64,000 nt of DNA from Salinispira sp. (GCA_965226555.1 CBDDDG010000002.1:32001-96000), one strand, 5' to 3'. Shown: positions 21,200 through 31,874, counted from the first letter of the stretch. The notes: a model not told the origin generated them from the letters alone. A program made the numbers and translations.

Positions 21200-21790
21200 A
21201 TGCCGATAACCTTTAAGGTGTCTCAAAAGGTTGTGTACCCAACCCATGGTGTTGGCACAGTAACTGAAATTCAAAAACGGGATTTTAATGGCAATGCCGT
21301 TCCCTACTATACCATTCATATTGAAACAAACGATATGACCATTATGATTCCCGTAGACAGGGCGGAAGATCGAGGTATTCGGGCAATTGTTTCCCAGAAA
21401 GAAGCCATGTCGGCTCTTGATCTGATGGAGGGAGAAGCTGAGGCAATTCCGTCCGACTGGAAAATGCGGTATGAGCAAAATCGTCAGCATCTCCTGAAAG
21501 GCGATGTGAAAGATGTCGCCCGGGTTATTCAGACCCTCTACAATCGATCCAAAATAAAGGAACTTCCTATTCTGGAACGGAAACTCTACGATTCTGCCAT
21601 TAAACTTTTGGTTGATGAGTTGAGTATTTCTCTGAAAAAGACCCCGATCGAGGTGGAAGAGCTTATTTTTGAACGCCTTGAATCTGAAAAGCATGTCGTT
21701 CCGCCGGAGACTGAAAAGGCGGTTCCTGTAGTAGATGATTTTGATGCCGGAGTTGATGAAGATGATTTGGAGATTAACAAGGAAGCCTGA
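21200..21790 (+). CDS. carD: CarD-family transcriptional regulator
   Basis: VVYPTHGVG, WKMRY, ERKLYDSA. Confidence 0.9.
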   Translation: MPITFKVSQKVVYPTHGVGTVTEIQKRDFNGNAVPYYTIHIETNDMTIMIPVDRAEDRGIRAIVSQKEAMSALDLMEGEAEAIPSDWKMRYEQNRQHLLKGDVKDVARVIQTLYNRSKIKELPILERKLYDSAIKLLVDELSISLKKTPIEVEELIFERLESEKHVVPPETEKAVPVVDDFDAGVDEDDLEINKEA

Positions 21791-21828
21791 ATTCTTTCAG
21801 GGGTTTTCTTTGGGGCTCTCGCTGGAGA

Positions 21829-22812
21829 ATGATTTTGCCTGATCCTGTACGCTGGGGAATTGTTGCTCCGGGGCATATAGCGGAGCAGTTTGCTTCGGCA
21901 ATGACGGTTGTTAAAGACTCAGAACTTCTGGCGCTGGCATCGCGCAGTAAAAAACGAGCCCGGGAATTTTCCCGCAAATTTTCAATTCCGCGCATTCATG
22001 AAACATATGAGGATCTGGCTGAGGATCCCGACATAGATGCCGTATATGTTGCATCTCCGCATCCATTCCATGCCGAACAAACTATTCTTTGTCTGAGAAA
22101 TAACACGGCTGTTCTTTGTGAGAAACCGCTCGCGGTTAATGCCGGGCAGGTACGCATGATAATAGATTCTGCTCGAAAACATAATACCTTTTTTATGGAG
22201 GCCATGTGGACCCGCTTTTTACCGATTATGAAGGCTGTTAGATCGCATGGAGATGAAATTGGAAAAATTCAGCGCGTGCATGCCGATTTTTCTTATTCAG
22301 TCGATTTTTCTGATGAACATCGGTGTATGAACCCCGAACTTGCGGGAGGATCGCTCCTAGATGTTGGGGTATATGTGTTGAATTTTGCGCGTATGTTCAC
22401 AAAGGACTGGCCTGAAGAATCGTTCAGTGCCGTCCGAATGAGCCGAACAGGGGTTGACCTTCAGGCTGTGATGATTCAGCGTTATCGCAGCGGTGCGCTT
22501 GCTCAGTTAAGCTGCGGTATACAGGTTCCGGGGCCCTGTACGGCTTCAATTTATGGGAGCAGGGGGACTATTGAGTTTCCCCGCGGTTTTCACGCAGCTC
22601 AAAGTGCTGTTATCAGGAATGATATGGGTGAGAGAGTGATAAAAAAGCCCTTTCTCAAAAATGGTTTTGAATATGAAATAGAGGAAGTAAACGCCTGTAT
22701 CCGAAAGGGTCAGCTTGAAAGTGCCGGTATGCCTTGGAGCGAATCGCTTGCCATTGTTGAGCACATGGATGCCCTTCGGGCTCAATGGGGGCTGCAATAT
22801 CCCTTTGAATAA
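21829..22812 (+). CDS. Gfo/Idh/MocA oxidoreductase
   Basis: VLCEKP, FFMEAMWTRF, GGSLLDVGVY. Confidence 0.92.
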   Translation: MILPDPVRWGIVAPGHIAEQFASAMTVVKDSELLALASRSKKRAREFSRKFSIPRIHETYEDLAEDPDIDAVYVASPHPFHAEQTILCLRNNTAVLCEKPLAVNAGQVRMIIDSARKHNTFFMEAMWTRFLPIMKAVRSHGDEIGKIQRVHADFSYSVDFSDEHRCMNPELAGGSLLDVGVYVLNFARMFTKDWPEESFSAVRMSRTGVDLQAVMIQRYRSGALAQLSCGIQVPGPCTASIYGSRGTIEFPRGFHAAQSAVIRNDMGERVIKKPFLKNGFEYEIEEVNACIRKGQLESAGMPWSESLAIVEHMDALRAQWGLQYPFE

Positions 22813-22845
22813 TACAAAATGCGAGAATGATGGCAGGAGGCAACA

Positions 22846-23322
22846 ATGAAAAAAATACCATCTTTTGTAATTGATCATAATAAGCTGCTCCGTGGAATTT
22901 ATGTTTCGAGAATAGATACTGTTGGGGATGATTGTGTTACGACCTTCGATATCCGCATGAAGGAACCAAACCGTGAACCGGTCATTGACATTCCCGCGCT
23001 TCACACAATTGAGCATTTGGGCGCGACATATCTGCGTAATGACGGGCAGTGGAAGGATGATGTTGTGTATTTCGGCCCCATGGGTTGCCGGACAGGCTGT
23101 TATCTGCTGTTGAAAGGCCGCCTCGAAAGCGGTGAAATTGTGGAGCTCGTCAAAGGTCTTTACCGTTTCATGAGTATGTATGAAGGTGATGTGCCGGGGG
23201 CGGCTGCGGTTGAGTGCGGAAATTATCTGAATCATGACCTTGTTATGGCACGGTGGGAGTCGGAAAAATTTTATCGGGAAGTGCTTGAACACATTGCTGA
23301 AAAAAATTTGGTGTATCCCTGA
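22846..23322 (+). CDS. luxS: S-ribosylhomocysteine lyase
   Basis: HTIEH, GPMGCRTG, CGNY. Confidence 0.96.
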   Translation: MKKIPSFVIDHNKLLRGIYVSRIDTVGDDCVTTFDIRMKEPNREPVIDIPALHTIEHLGATYLRNDGQWKDDVVYFGPMGCRTGCYLLLKGRLESGEIVELVKGLYRFMSMYEGDVPGAAAVECGNYLNHDLVMARWESEKFYREVLEHIAEKNLVYP

Positions 23323-23405
23323 GCCGATGGCGGCGCTGTGCGGGCGCAGTGCGATAACGCAGAGGGCAGTGCGGCGGCGGCGCGGCGGCGGCGCGGATAA
23401 AGAGA

Positions 23406-24089
23406 ATGAAAAAATATGTGTATGCCATAATTCCGTTTCTTTGTTTTGCCGGACCCTTCGCAATGAGTTTTGACAGGCGGGTGTACTTCATTCAGTACAT
23501 TCCGGCAATTCTTGTTGCCGTTTTCAGTGTGGGCGCGCTGTACATTTTCTGGGATGTCATTGTTACCCGCAGGGGGCACTGGAGTTTTAACGATGAGTTT
23601 GTCGGTTCCTTCCGTGTGCTTCATCTCCCCGTGGGAGAGTGGCTGTTTTTTCTTCTCATTCCCTATTGCTGCCTCTTTTTATTCGAGGTGGTCGCTGCCT
23701 ATTGGGGAATTGGTACCATGCTGCCGCAGCTCAGCTGGCTCCAATATGCGCTGGGGGGGCTATGCGCTATACTTGCCGTTTGGCGGCGCAGGCAGGGGTA
23801 TACCTTCATGGCTCTGTTATCGGTGGGTCTTTTTTTTACTGCCGGTGCCCTGCTGACGCCGGGAAGTATTTTTGCCCCCGGCTATATATTCACCTTTTTT
23901 CTCATTTTTCTTGTATTTTTACTTATCGATGGTATATACACCCGCCTTCCAACAATTCACTACAATGAAAATGAGATATGGAGCATTCGCCTTGGGACCA
24001 TTCCATTGGAAGATTTTCTTTATAACCTGAGCTATATCGGCATGGTGCTTACCGTGTATCTGTTCGCAAAGCAGCGTATGGGTTTCTAA
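23406..24089 (+). CDS. Membrane lycopene-cyclase-domain protein (two domains)
   Basis: WD......GHWSFN, LPVGEWLFF, IPLEDFLY. Confidence 0.8.
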   Translation: MKKYVYAIIPFLCFAGPFAMSFDRRVYFIQYIPAILVAVFSVGALYIFWDVIVTRRGHWSFNDEFVGSFRVLHLPVGEWLFFLLIPYCCLFLFEVVAAYWGIGTMLPQLSWLQYALGGLCAILAVWRRRQGYTFMALLSVGLFFTAGALLTPGSIFAPGYIFTFFLIFLVFLLIDGIYTRLPTIHYNENEIWSIRLGTIPLEDFLYNLSYIGMVLTVYLFAKQRMGF

Positions 24090-24250
24090 GGCAGATGTAT
24101 TGAGGAAATTGCGCGTTAATTTTGCGCATTCAATGCCGTGGGATGGTTGCAAGCCATTCCTGAGATGTATATAATACCCGCATATCAACGAAATATGATT
24201 TAATTCTGAGTACTATCAAAATATCAGATACATTCTAATTCTAAAAGAAC

Positions 24251-24286
24251 GTTTTGCTCCTGAAAATTTTGCTCTGCAAAAGTTTC
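24251..24286. repeat. Partial palindromic element upstream of ABC transporter
   Basis: gttttgctcctgaaaattttgctctgcaaaagtttc. Confidence 0.6.
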
Positions 24287-24322
24287 TAAATTGTATTTCC
24301 TGAAAAAATATCAGGAGGAATT

Positions 24323-25126
24323 ATGAAAAATTTCTTTATTATTACATTATCACTTGTTGTTCTTTTACCGCTTGCGGCGGGAGGAAACAGTGAATCGGAT
24401 ACCCTTGTTGTTGCCATGGAGCTGCAATATCCGCCGTTTGAAACGACAGATACCGCAGGCAATCCAACAGGTATTTCTGTCGACATGGCGCAGGCGCTGG
24501 GAGAATATGTGGGCAAAGATGTCGAAATTCGCAACACTGCTTGGGTTGGGCTCATTCCGTCACTTCAAAGCGGTGAGGCCGATATCGTCATTTCATCTAT
24601 GACCATTACCGAGGAACGCTCCCAAACTGTCGATTTTTCAATTCCCTACGCTCAGTCGGGTCTTACCCTTCTCATAGCGGAGGATAGTCCGGCGCAGAGT
24701 TTCAGTGATCTGAACAGCGATGGAATTGTGATTGCAGTTAAATCGGGCACAACGGGGGCAATTGTTGCTCAGAATGACCTTCCCAATGCTGAAATTCGTC
24801 AGCTTGAAGAAGTGGCAGCCTGTATACTCGAAGTTGCGCAGGGCAAGGCTGATGCCTTTATCTACGATGCTCTCACGGTCTACGAGAGTCATCTGAATCA
24901 TAAGGATACAACCCGAATCAACATTGCAAACATTCCCAACACTGCGGGCTCTTGGGGCGCCGCCGTCAAGAAAGATAATGCCGAATTGCTTAATCAGGTA
25001 AATGCCTTTATCCGTGAGTATCGGGCCAACGGAGGGTTTTCCGCTCTTGGTGAAAAATATCTTTCAGGTATTAAATCTGTTTTCGATAGTGAGGGAATTC
25101 CGTTTTTCTTCGATATTGATAGCTAA
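24323..25126 (+). CDS. Polar amino-acid ABC transporter substrate-binding protein
   Basis: YPPFE, LIPSLQSG, SSMTITEER. Confidence 0.92.
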   Translation: MKNFFIITLSLVVLLPLAAGGNSESDTLVVAMELQYPPFETTDTAGNPTGISVDMAQALGEYVGKDVEIRNTAWVGLIPSLQSGEADIVISSMTITEERSQTVDFSIPYAQSGLTLLIAEDSPAQSFSDLNSDGIVIAVKSGTTGAIVAQNDLPNAEIRQLEEVAACILEVAQGKADAFIYDALTVYESHLNHKDTTRINIANIPNTAGSWGAAVKKDNAELLNQVNAFIREYRANGGFSALGEKYLSGIKSVFDSEGIPFFFDIDS

Positions 25127-25137
25127 ATAGGACCTGC

Positions 25138-25941
25138 TTGGAGTTGAAAACAGTGGAGCCGCTCTCGTTATTTTTTACATCTGAAACATCTCAGAAGGTA
25201 ACACGATTGCAGCAGGGAATAAGCTTCCTGCTGCTTTTTGTTATTTTTTCCCTGTTTGTTGTATTCTTTTATCAGAGCCTGAATTATGAACTGCGCTGGG
25301 ATCAGGTGTGGAAGTACCGGAATCTTTTTCTGCAGGGGTTTTTCACGACAGTGTTGATATCGGCTGTGAGTATGGTGCTGAGCCTGATAATTGGTATTTT
25401 CATGGGATTAGGGCAGCGAAGCCATTTTATTCCGCTGCGGATGTTTGCCAAGTTTTACATTGAGCTGATCCGCGGAACTCCGTTGTTAGTTCAGATTCTC
25501 GTGTTTTTCTATGTTGTTGCCAATGCCTTCGGAATTACCGAACGGTATGCGGTGGGAATAATTATTATGTCGATGTTCTCGGGGGCATATACTGCTGAAA
25601 TTATCCGTTCGGGAGTAGAGGGTGTTGCCTCCAGTCAGCTGGAGTCGGCCCGTTCTGTCGGCCTGTCGCGCAGCCAGACCTACCGTTACATTATTGTTCC
25701 GCAGGTTATTACCCGAATTACTCCCCCGCTGACCGGGCAGTTTGCCAATCTTATTAAGGATTCAAGCCTCCTGTCGGTCATTGCCATTCGGGAATTTACC
25801 ATGGTTGCCCGCGAGGTAAATGCCAACACCTTTTCCACGCTGGAAAGTTACATTCCCCTTGCTATTGGGTACCTAGTGCTCACCCTTCCTATCAGCCTCG
25901 TTTCGCGCTATCTGGAACGAAATTTCAGCTATGATGTGTAG
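25138..25941 (+). CDS. Amino-acid ABC transporter permease
   Basis: IRGTPLLVQ, AYTAEIIRSG, IKDSSLLS. Confidence 0.92.
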   Translation: MELKTVEPLSLFFTSETSQKVTRLQQGISFLLLFVIFSLFVVFFYQSLNYELRWDQVWKYRNLFLQGFFTTVLISAVSMVLSLIIGIFMGLGQRSHFIPLRMFAKFYIELIRGTPLLVQILVFFYVVANAFGITERYAVGIIIMSMFSGAYTAEIIRSGVEGVASSQLESARSVGLSRSQTYRYIIVPQVITRITPPLTGQFANLIKDSSLLSVIAIREFTMVAREVNANTFSTLESYIPLAIGYLVLTLPISLVSRYLERNFSYDV

Positions 25942-25959
25942 CGGCCGCAGAAGGGTTTA

Positions 25960-26110
25960 TTAGATCGCGCGACACCTCGAACTCCCTGACGGCCGCCTTG
26001 ATCGAATGCTCCTGGGCATACCGAACTATCCGCAACCGCCAATCATACATCGCAGCCTGATACTTCCGAGACTTGCGATGATACTGAGAATATGTGATAC
26101 TGCTGTTCAC
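25960..26110 (-). pseudogene. N-terminal HTH remnant of IS481-like transposase
   Basis: YDWRLRIVRYAQEHSIKAAVREFEVSR with AAGGAGG RBS; truncated. Confidence 0.55.
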
Positions 26111-26211
26111 TGTTTCCCTCCTTTTATGGTTTTCATTAACCCCCAGTGTATACGAATAACCTTCGTTTTACACTGGGGAGGAGGGGTCTGTCCAAAGGTT
26201 TATTTCCCAAT

Positions 26212-26280
26212 TCGCCCGCGCCCTGCGCGTTGATGGCGCGCACCTGTAGTTGGTAGTTGGCGCCGTCTGTTGTAATGCTG
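26212..26280 (-). pseudogene. FN3 domain fragment
   Basis: SITTDGANYQLQVRAINAQGAGE matches FN3 end of the lipoprotein family. Confidence 0.65.
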
Positions 26281-26372
26281 TGAATTGTGTAGGGAGAGTA
26301 CGATGAGAAGGAAAAATGACAGACTTCTGCCTGCCGCATACTCACTTTGAAAGTTTCTGATATACTACGGGG

Positions 26373-27092
26373 ATGATTGTTATACTCGGTGCAATGGACA
26401 TCGAAATTACTGCCTTCCTCGAAAACATAGCAGAACCAAAAAAACACCACATCCTCCGTGACCTAACCATCCACGAAGGAAAGCTTGGAGACGCGCAGGT
26501 TGCCATTGCCAAAACCGGAGTCGGAAAAACCATGACCGCAATAAGCTGTCAGTGCATCATCGATTTTCTGAAACACAGCGGACACGCGCCCGAGTACATA
26601 CTGTTCACCGGCATTGCCGGCGCCATTAATCCGCATATGCGAATTGGCGACACCCTTGTTGCGGCCGACTGCATTCAGCACGATTTAGACACAACTGCGC
26701 TCGGCATTCCCCGAGGAACGGTTCCCGACACTGAATATCGATTTCTGAAAGCCGACGCAGCCCTTTTCGAAATTGCCATGAGCTATGAGCCGGAGGAAGG
26801 ACATGTTCACAGCGGACGCATTCTTACCGGCGATCAGTTTATTGACAATTACCATTCCGACCAATACTCCTACATGATTAATGAACTGACAGGCGATGGG
26901 GTAGAAATGGAGGGTGCTTCTGCCGCGCTCTGCGCAGCAGTGAACGGCATACCGTTTTTAATTATCCGAACAATTTCAGATAACGCTAATCAGAAAGCAC
27001 CTATGAATTTTCGTGAATTCGTACCGAAGGCAAGCTACAATAACTTCAAAGCTGTACAGCATATCATACAGCGGCTGAACATTCTTCCGTAA
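26373..27092 (+). CDS. mtnN: 5'-methylthioadenosine/S-adenosylhomocysteine nucleosidase
   Basis: ILGAMDIE, GVGK, TGIAG, TGDQF, VEMEGAS, RTISDNA. Confidence 0.93.
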   Translation: MIVILGAMDIEITAFLENIAEPKKHHILRDLTIHEGKLGDAQVAIAKTGVGKTMTAISCQCIIDFLKHSGHAPEYILFTGIAGAINPHMRIGDTLVAADCIQHDLDTTALGIPRGTVPDTEYRFLKADAALFEIAMSYEPEEGHVHSGRILTGDQFIDNYHSDQYSYMINELTGDGVEMEGASAALCAAVNGIPFLIIRTISDNANQKAPMNFREFVPKASYNNFKAVQHIIQRLNILP

Positions 27093-27139
27093 TGAACATT
27101 ATGTACAGTTACCATATAAGCATCGACTTGATTATATAA

Positions 27140-28399
27140 TTAACCTTTGAATTTTTTCAACACAATAGTTGAATTATGCCCGCCAAATCCAAAGCTGTTG
27201 GAAAGCGCTATATCAACGTCTTTTTCACGCGCCGATGTATTGATTGTCTCCTGTTTCAATGCAACCTCGGGATCGAAGTCATCAATGTTGATGTTCGGCG
27301 GAATAATTCCGTTGTTAATAACGTTTACACAGATAATTGCCTCAAGCGCGGCAGTAGCCCCCAGTAAATGTCCGTGCATACCCTTGGTTGAACCAACCGT
27401 TACGTTCTCTTCATTACCGCCCAGAAGATTGTAGACAGCTTTGCTCTCGGCAATATCGCCAAGCGGAGTCGATGTTCCGTGCGTGTTAATATACTGAATA
27501 TCCCCGGTATGTATTTCAGCCTGCTTCACTGCCATTTCCATGGAGCGCAGGGCGCCGATCCCCTCGGGATGCGGAACAACAATATCGTATGCATCTCCGC
27601 TCATACCGACCGATAACAATTCAGCAAAAATATGCGCGCCGCGCGCCTTGGCATGTTCCAGTTCTTCCAGAACGAGTACTCCGGCACCTTCGGATATGAC
27701 AAACCCGTCTCGTCCGCGATCATAGGGCCGGCTTGCCCGCTGCGGTTCATCATTATATGCGGTGGAGAGTGCCTGCATACGGGAAAATCCGGCTACGCCA
27801 ATTTCCACAATTGAGTTCTCGGTACCGCCTGCGAGAGCGCTGTGGCAGTAGCCCTGCCTGATCATCATAAATGCGACAGCGAAGGCATGGTTCGCAGTCG
27901 CGCAGGCAGTTTGCGTAGCCATGTTCGGCCCCTGTATGCCCAATTCCATACTCACCACACCTGCGGCAATGTTTCCGATGGTGGCGGGAATGTACAGCGG
28001 ACTTACTCCCCTCATACCCCGCGCCGCAAGACTTGCTCCGTTTTTTTGCTGAGTCGGCAGGCCGCCAATACCCGAACCAATAACAACAGCAGTTCCGAAA
28101 GGATCTGCGCCGATGTTCAAGCCCGATTGCCCCAGCGCCTCTCTGCCCGCTGCCATAGCAAAATGCGTAAACTCATCGAGCCGCTTTGCCTGTCGGCGGA
28201 AATTGTCACTGTAAAATGAGGCTCCATCAAAATCCCGAACTTCACCGGCAATTTGAGAGTTAAGATCGCTTGGATCAAAGCGGGAAATACGTTGTATACC
28301 GCTTTCCCCATTTCGTATTTTCTCCCATGTATCGGAAACATTATGTCCGAGGGAATTTATCGTTCCCATACCGGTAATAACCACACGTTTTTTCATCAT
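27140..28399 (-). CDS. fabF: Beta-ketoacyl-ACP synthase II
   Basis: TACAT, HGTSTPLGD, GHLLGA, NSFGFGG. Confidence 0.95.
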   Translation of the reverse strand: MMKKRVVITGMGTINSLGHNVSDTWEKIRNGESGIQRISRFDPSDLNSQIAGEVRDFDGASFYSDNFRRQAKRLDEFTHFAMAAGREALGQSGLNIGADPFGTAVVIGSGIGGLPTQQKNGASLAARGMRGVSPLYIPATIGNIAAGVVSMELGIQGPNMATQTACATANHAFAVAFMMIRQGYCHSALAGGTENSIVEIGVAGFSRMQALSTAYNDEPQRASRPYDRGRDGFVISEGAGVLVLEELEHAKARGAHIFAELLSVGMSGDAYDIVVPHPEGIGALRSMEMAVKQAEIHTGDIQYINTHGTSTPLGDIAESKAVYNLLGGNEENVTVGSTKGMHGHLLGATAALEAIICVNVINNGIIPPNINIDDFDPEVALKQETINTSAREKDVDIALSNSFGFGGHNSTIVLKKFKG

Positions 28400-28531
28400 A
28401 TCGTCAATACTCCGTAGATCCGTAGAAATTAACCATTACATAAAATAATAGATTCTTGAAGATATTTCAAGATAGTTTTTAGAAATGTATTGCATGTTGA
28501 TATTTTATATTCCTTCAGATAGTATGGTGAT

Positions 28532-29545
28532 ATGAAAGTAGCAGTTTTTAGTACAAAGGCCTGGGTCAAAGAAGCATTTGACCGGGCAAATATGAGTAAA
28601 CATTTCAATTTACACTATCTTGAGGCAAAACTTGATAGTACTACCCTCTCCCTTGCGCGGGAACATGAGGCTGTGTGTGTATTTGTGAATGATATCCTCG
28701 ACACTCCAGTTATCAATGGGCTGGCAGAAGCCGGAATCCGTACAATTGCGCTGCGCTGCGCAGGGTTTAACAATGTCGATTTAAAACAGGCATATACGCG
28801 CGGCATACATGTTGTTCGGGTTCCCGCCTACAGCCCCTATGCGGTGGCGGAGCACGCGCTCGGTCTTATCCTTGCCCTCAATCGCCGGTATCATCGCGCC
28901 TATAACCGCGTTCGGGAAGGAAATTTCAGCATTGACGGACTCCTCGGTTACGACATTCACGGCAAAACAATTGGAGTTATCGGTACCGGAAAAATTGGGC
29001 AGGTTTTCTGCAGAATTATGAAGGGTTTCGGCGTCCGCATTCTCGCCTACGATGTTTTTCCCAACGAAGAACTGAAAAACGAAGGTGTTGAGTATGTTAC
29101 CCTGAAGAAACTCTATGCCAATGCAGATATCATCAGTCTTCACTGTCCTTTTAATCGCGAAACCTTTCATATGATCAACGATCATGCAATACAGGAAATG
29201 AAACCGGGCATGACCATTATCAATACCAGCAGGGGGCCGCTCATCGATTCTCTCGCTGTTATTAAGGGCTTAAAAAGCGGAAAAATCGGCTATTTGGGGC
29301 TCGATGTGTACGAAGAGGAGGCCGATCTTTTCTTTGAGGATCTTTCTGACCGGGTTATTCAGGACGATACCTTTGTGCGTCTCCAGACCTTCCCCAATGT
29401 GATCATTACTTCTCATCAGGCATTTTTTACCCGGGAAGCTGTGGATAACATTGCGAATACTACTCTCAAGAATCTACAGGATATTGCCCAAACAGGCACG
29501 AGCGAGAACGCTGTTCTTCCCGAGGGAGCCTATGCCGGCACATAA
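28532..29545 (+). CDS. ldhA: D-lactate / 2-hydroxyacid dehydrogenase
   Basis: RVPAYSPYAVAEH, GTGKIG, INTSRG, LDVYEEE, SHQAF. Confidence 0.88.
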   Translation: MKVAVFSTKAWVKEAFDRANMSKHFNLHYLEAKLDSTTLSLAREHEAVCVFVNDILDTPVINGLAEAGIRTIALRCAGFNNVDLKQAYTRGIHVVRVPAYSPYAVAEHALGLILALNRRYHRAYNRVREGNFSIDGLLGYDIHGKTIGVIGTGKIGQVFCRIMKGFGVRILAYDVFPNEELKNEGVEYVTLKKLYANADIISLHCPFNRETFHMINDHAIQEMKPGMTIINTSRGPLIDSLAVIKGLKSGKIGYLGLDVYEEEADLFFEDLSDRVIQDDTFVRLQTFPNVIITSHQAFFTREAVDNIANTTLKNLQDIAQTGTSENAVLPEGAYAGT

Positions 29546-29558
29546 CAGAGAGGCGCCT

Positions 29559-30170
29559 ATGAACAGCCCAAAGAACGATTCAAAGAACAGCCGCAAGAAT
29601 AGTCCGAAAAACAGCAATTTTTCCAAAATAAATTCCAACATAAGTATGTATCCCTATAATGATTGTTTTCCTGAAATTGCCGACACGGTATTCCTTGCGG
29701 ACGGTGTGCGAATTATCGGCGATGTTAAAATCGAAACGGACTGCGGAATCTGGTACAATACCGTTATCCGCGGCGATGTTCATTACATACGAATTGCCGA
29801 GCGGACGAACATTCAGGATAACTGCCTCCTTCACGTTACCCACGATACTGCGCCTCTTCTCGTTGGGAGGGGGGTTACGGTTGGTCATCAGGCAATTTTG
29901 CATAGCTGCACGGTTGGCGATTACAGCCTCATCGGCATGGGGGCTATTGTGCTCGATAAGGCCGTTATTGAGGAATACTCATTTGTTGCCGCTGGAGCTG
30001 TTGTCAAACCCGGCTTTGTCGTCCCATCCGGCACACTGGCTGCCGGCATTCCTGCCCGTATTGTGCGTGATCTCCGCCCTGAAGAGATGGAAGACCTCCC
30101 CGCAAGCGCCGATCGTTATTTTGACTATGCCGCTCTTTCACGACGTGGTATGGGCGGGCAGACCACATAA
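29559..30170 (+). CDS. Gamma carbonic anhydrase-family hexapeptide protein
   Basis: IRGD, TNIQDN, VGHQAILHSC. Confidence 0.9.
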   Translation: MNSPKNDSKNSRKNSPKNSNFSKINSNISMYPYNDCFPEIADTVFLADGVRIIGDVKIETDCGIWYNTVIRGDVHYIRIAERTNIQDNCLLHVTHDTAPLLVGRGVTVGHQAILHSCTVGDYSLIGMGAIVLDKAVIEEYSFVAAGAVVKPGFVVPSGTLAAGIPARIVRDLRPEEMEDLPASADRYFDYAALSRRGMGGQTT

Positions 30171-30220
30171 TTTTTGCTGCGCCTGTGGGATTATCGCCGG
30201 AAAATTCCAGATAATGACGA

Positions 30221-30973
30221 TTAAAAATCCGTTGAAAAAACAGTTTTATTGCCTGCAGAGTTAAATTCTACTAATTTATTCCAATTTATGGTGCCATTAG
30301 TCAGGCAAAAATGGTTTGTGAATTCCTTGGTAAACAAATTAATCATTGCTGCATATAATTTTTGAAAATCATCATTTCTTTCCTTTGCCTTATAACCTAA
30401 GGGCTGAATAATTTTTGTATATAAATTCTCATCTCCTGAAATAAATTCCCAAAATTGTTGTCCGCAGAATTTGTAGTAGTCTCCTTTGTCAGGACGGTTA
30501 TCTTTTCCGTAGCAACATCCATTTACGGGCTTTATATACAATTTTGAGTTACCTGTACGCAAGGTTCTTATTGCAGTCGTAAAATCGGACTTCATTTTAG
30601 CGATCTGACTGCTGTTTCCCCAGTTAGGACCAGATTTAATAGCCACAATGTAGCGAATTTTATCTTTCTCAAATTCAAGATCAATGCCTGTTATTCCCGA
30701 TTTCCATCCTTCATAAACCTTCTTATTAATAAAGATAGCGAGTCCTTCAAGCCAGTCGCCAAATATTGTTTCTTCATTTGAAGAAAGGAAAGCGTCTGAA
30801 ATGCTTCTGATAATTTGCTCAGCAGTAAGCAAATATTTAGCCCTGAAAAGATACGGATTTTTTTTGCTTAATACAGTTTGAAGACGTAAGGATTGAAGTC
30901 GGGCCACTCGTTTGTCGTGAAACCTCCCTATGTTTTCTTCAACGTACTGCAACACATCATCAATTTTTAACAC
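30221..30973 (-). CDS. Type II restriction endonuclease (EcoO109I/PmeII-like)
   Basis: KKNPYLF, EETIFG, GIDLEF...IKSGPNWGN; overlaps MTase gene; AT-rich. Confidence 0.8.
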   Translation of the reverse strand: MLKIDDVLQYVEENIGRFHDKRVARLQSLRLQTVLSKKNPYLFRAKYLLTAEQIIRSISDAFLSSNEETIFGDWLEGLAIFINKKVYEGWKSGITGIDLEFEKDKIRYIVAIKSGPNWGNSSQIAKMKSDFTTAIRTLRTGNSKLYIKPVNGCCYGKDNRPDKGDYYKFCGQQFWEFISGDENLYTKIIQPLGYKAKERNDDFQKLYAAMINLFTKEFTNHFCLTNGTINWNKLVEFNSAGNKTVFSTDF

Positions 30974-31874
30974 TATTGAAAATCTCCGCTGGCTTTTCGA
31001 AAAGATATAATTCCACAGACTCCGTCTTATTTCTCACCATTTTATAATATTCCGGCACAATGTCAATTCCAACTGAATGCCTGAGCATTTTGCCGGCAGC
31101 AATATTTGTTGTACCGCTGCCCATAAAGGGGTCAAGCACCGTATCGTATTCCTTTGTAAAAAGTTTAATAAACCACCGCGGCAGTTCTTCTGGAAAGGCT
31201 GCGCTGTGGTTTTTGTTGGCGCACTCTGTTGCAAGGTGAAGTACGTTTGCGGGATATGCCATGTCTCTTGTGAGCCAGTTGGAAATGTTTTTTCCAAACC
31301 CGCTTCCGACATGGGATTCATCCCGAATTTTGTCGGTGGCACTCAGATTTTTCAGCCGGTTTTTTGCCCAGGCGCCCATTGGAACCATGACTGCTTCCTG
31401 ATACATGTTGAATTTTTTTGATTTATTAAACTGCAGAAGCCGTTCCCATGCATCCCGAAATCGATTGGGCCACTTTCCGGGATAACAGTTTTTCTTGTGC
31501 CATATAAATTCCTCAGTCCAGAGCCACCCCTGTTTTTTCATTTCGAGAATCAGTTCTATGACATAGGTACTGCGCTCTCCGTTTGTAACTTTTTCTTTAA
31601 TATTTAATACAAACGTTCCCGTTGGTTTCAAAACCCGTAAAAATTGCTCTGTTTTCGGCAGGAACCACTCAACATATTTTGCCGGATGAATACCGCCATA
31701 TGTCTTTTTTCTCTGGTCGGCATAAGGAGGCGATGTAAAAATAAGGTCAATACTGTTTGCGGGAATACTCTTTAATATTTCACCGCAATCGCCAAGAAAA
31801 CAGTCTGTTCTGATTTCAGGGCTTGTTTGTCCCTGAAAATTCTGATTGGGCGCTTGAATACCATCGGCTTTCAT
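30960..31874 (-). CDS. Beta-class amino DNA methyltransferase (SPPY; probably m4C)
   Basis: TSPPY precedes HSAAFP and LDPFMGSGTT. Confidence 0.9.
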   Translation of the reverse strand: MKADGIQAPNQNFQGQTSPEIRTDCFLGDCGEILKSIPANSIDLIFTSPPYADQRKKTYGGIHPAKYVEWFLPKTEQFLRVLKPTGTFVLNIKEKVTNGERSTYVIELILEMKKQGWLWTEEFIWHKKNCYPGKWPNRFRDAWERLLQFNKSKKFNMYQEAVMVPMGAWAKNRLKNLSATDKIRDESHVGSGFGKNISNWLTRDMAYPANVLHLATECANKNHSAAFPEELPRWFIKLFTKEYDTVLDPFMGSGTTNIAAGKMLRHSVGIDIVPEYYKMVRNKTESVELYLFEKPAEIFNSVKN

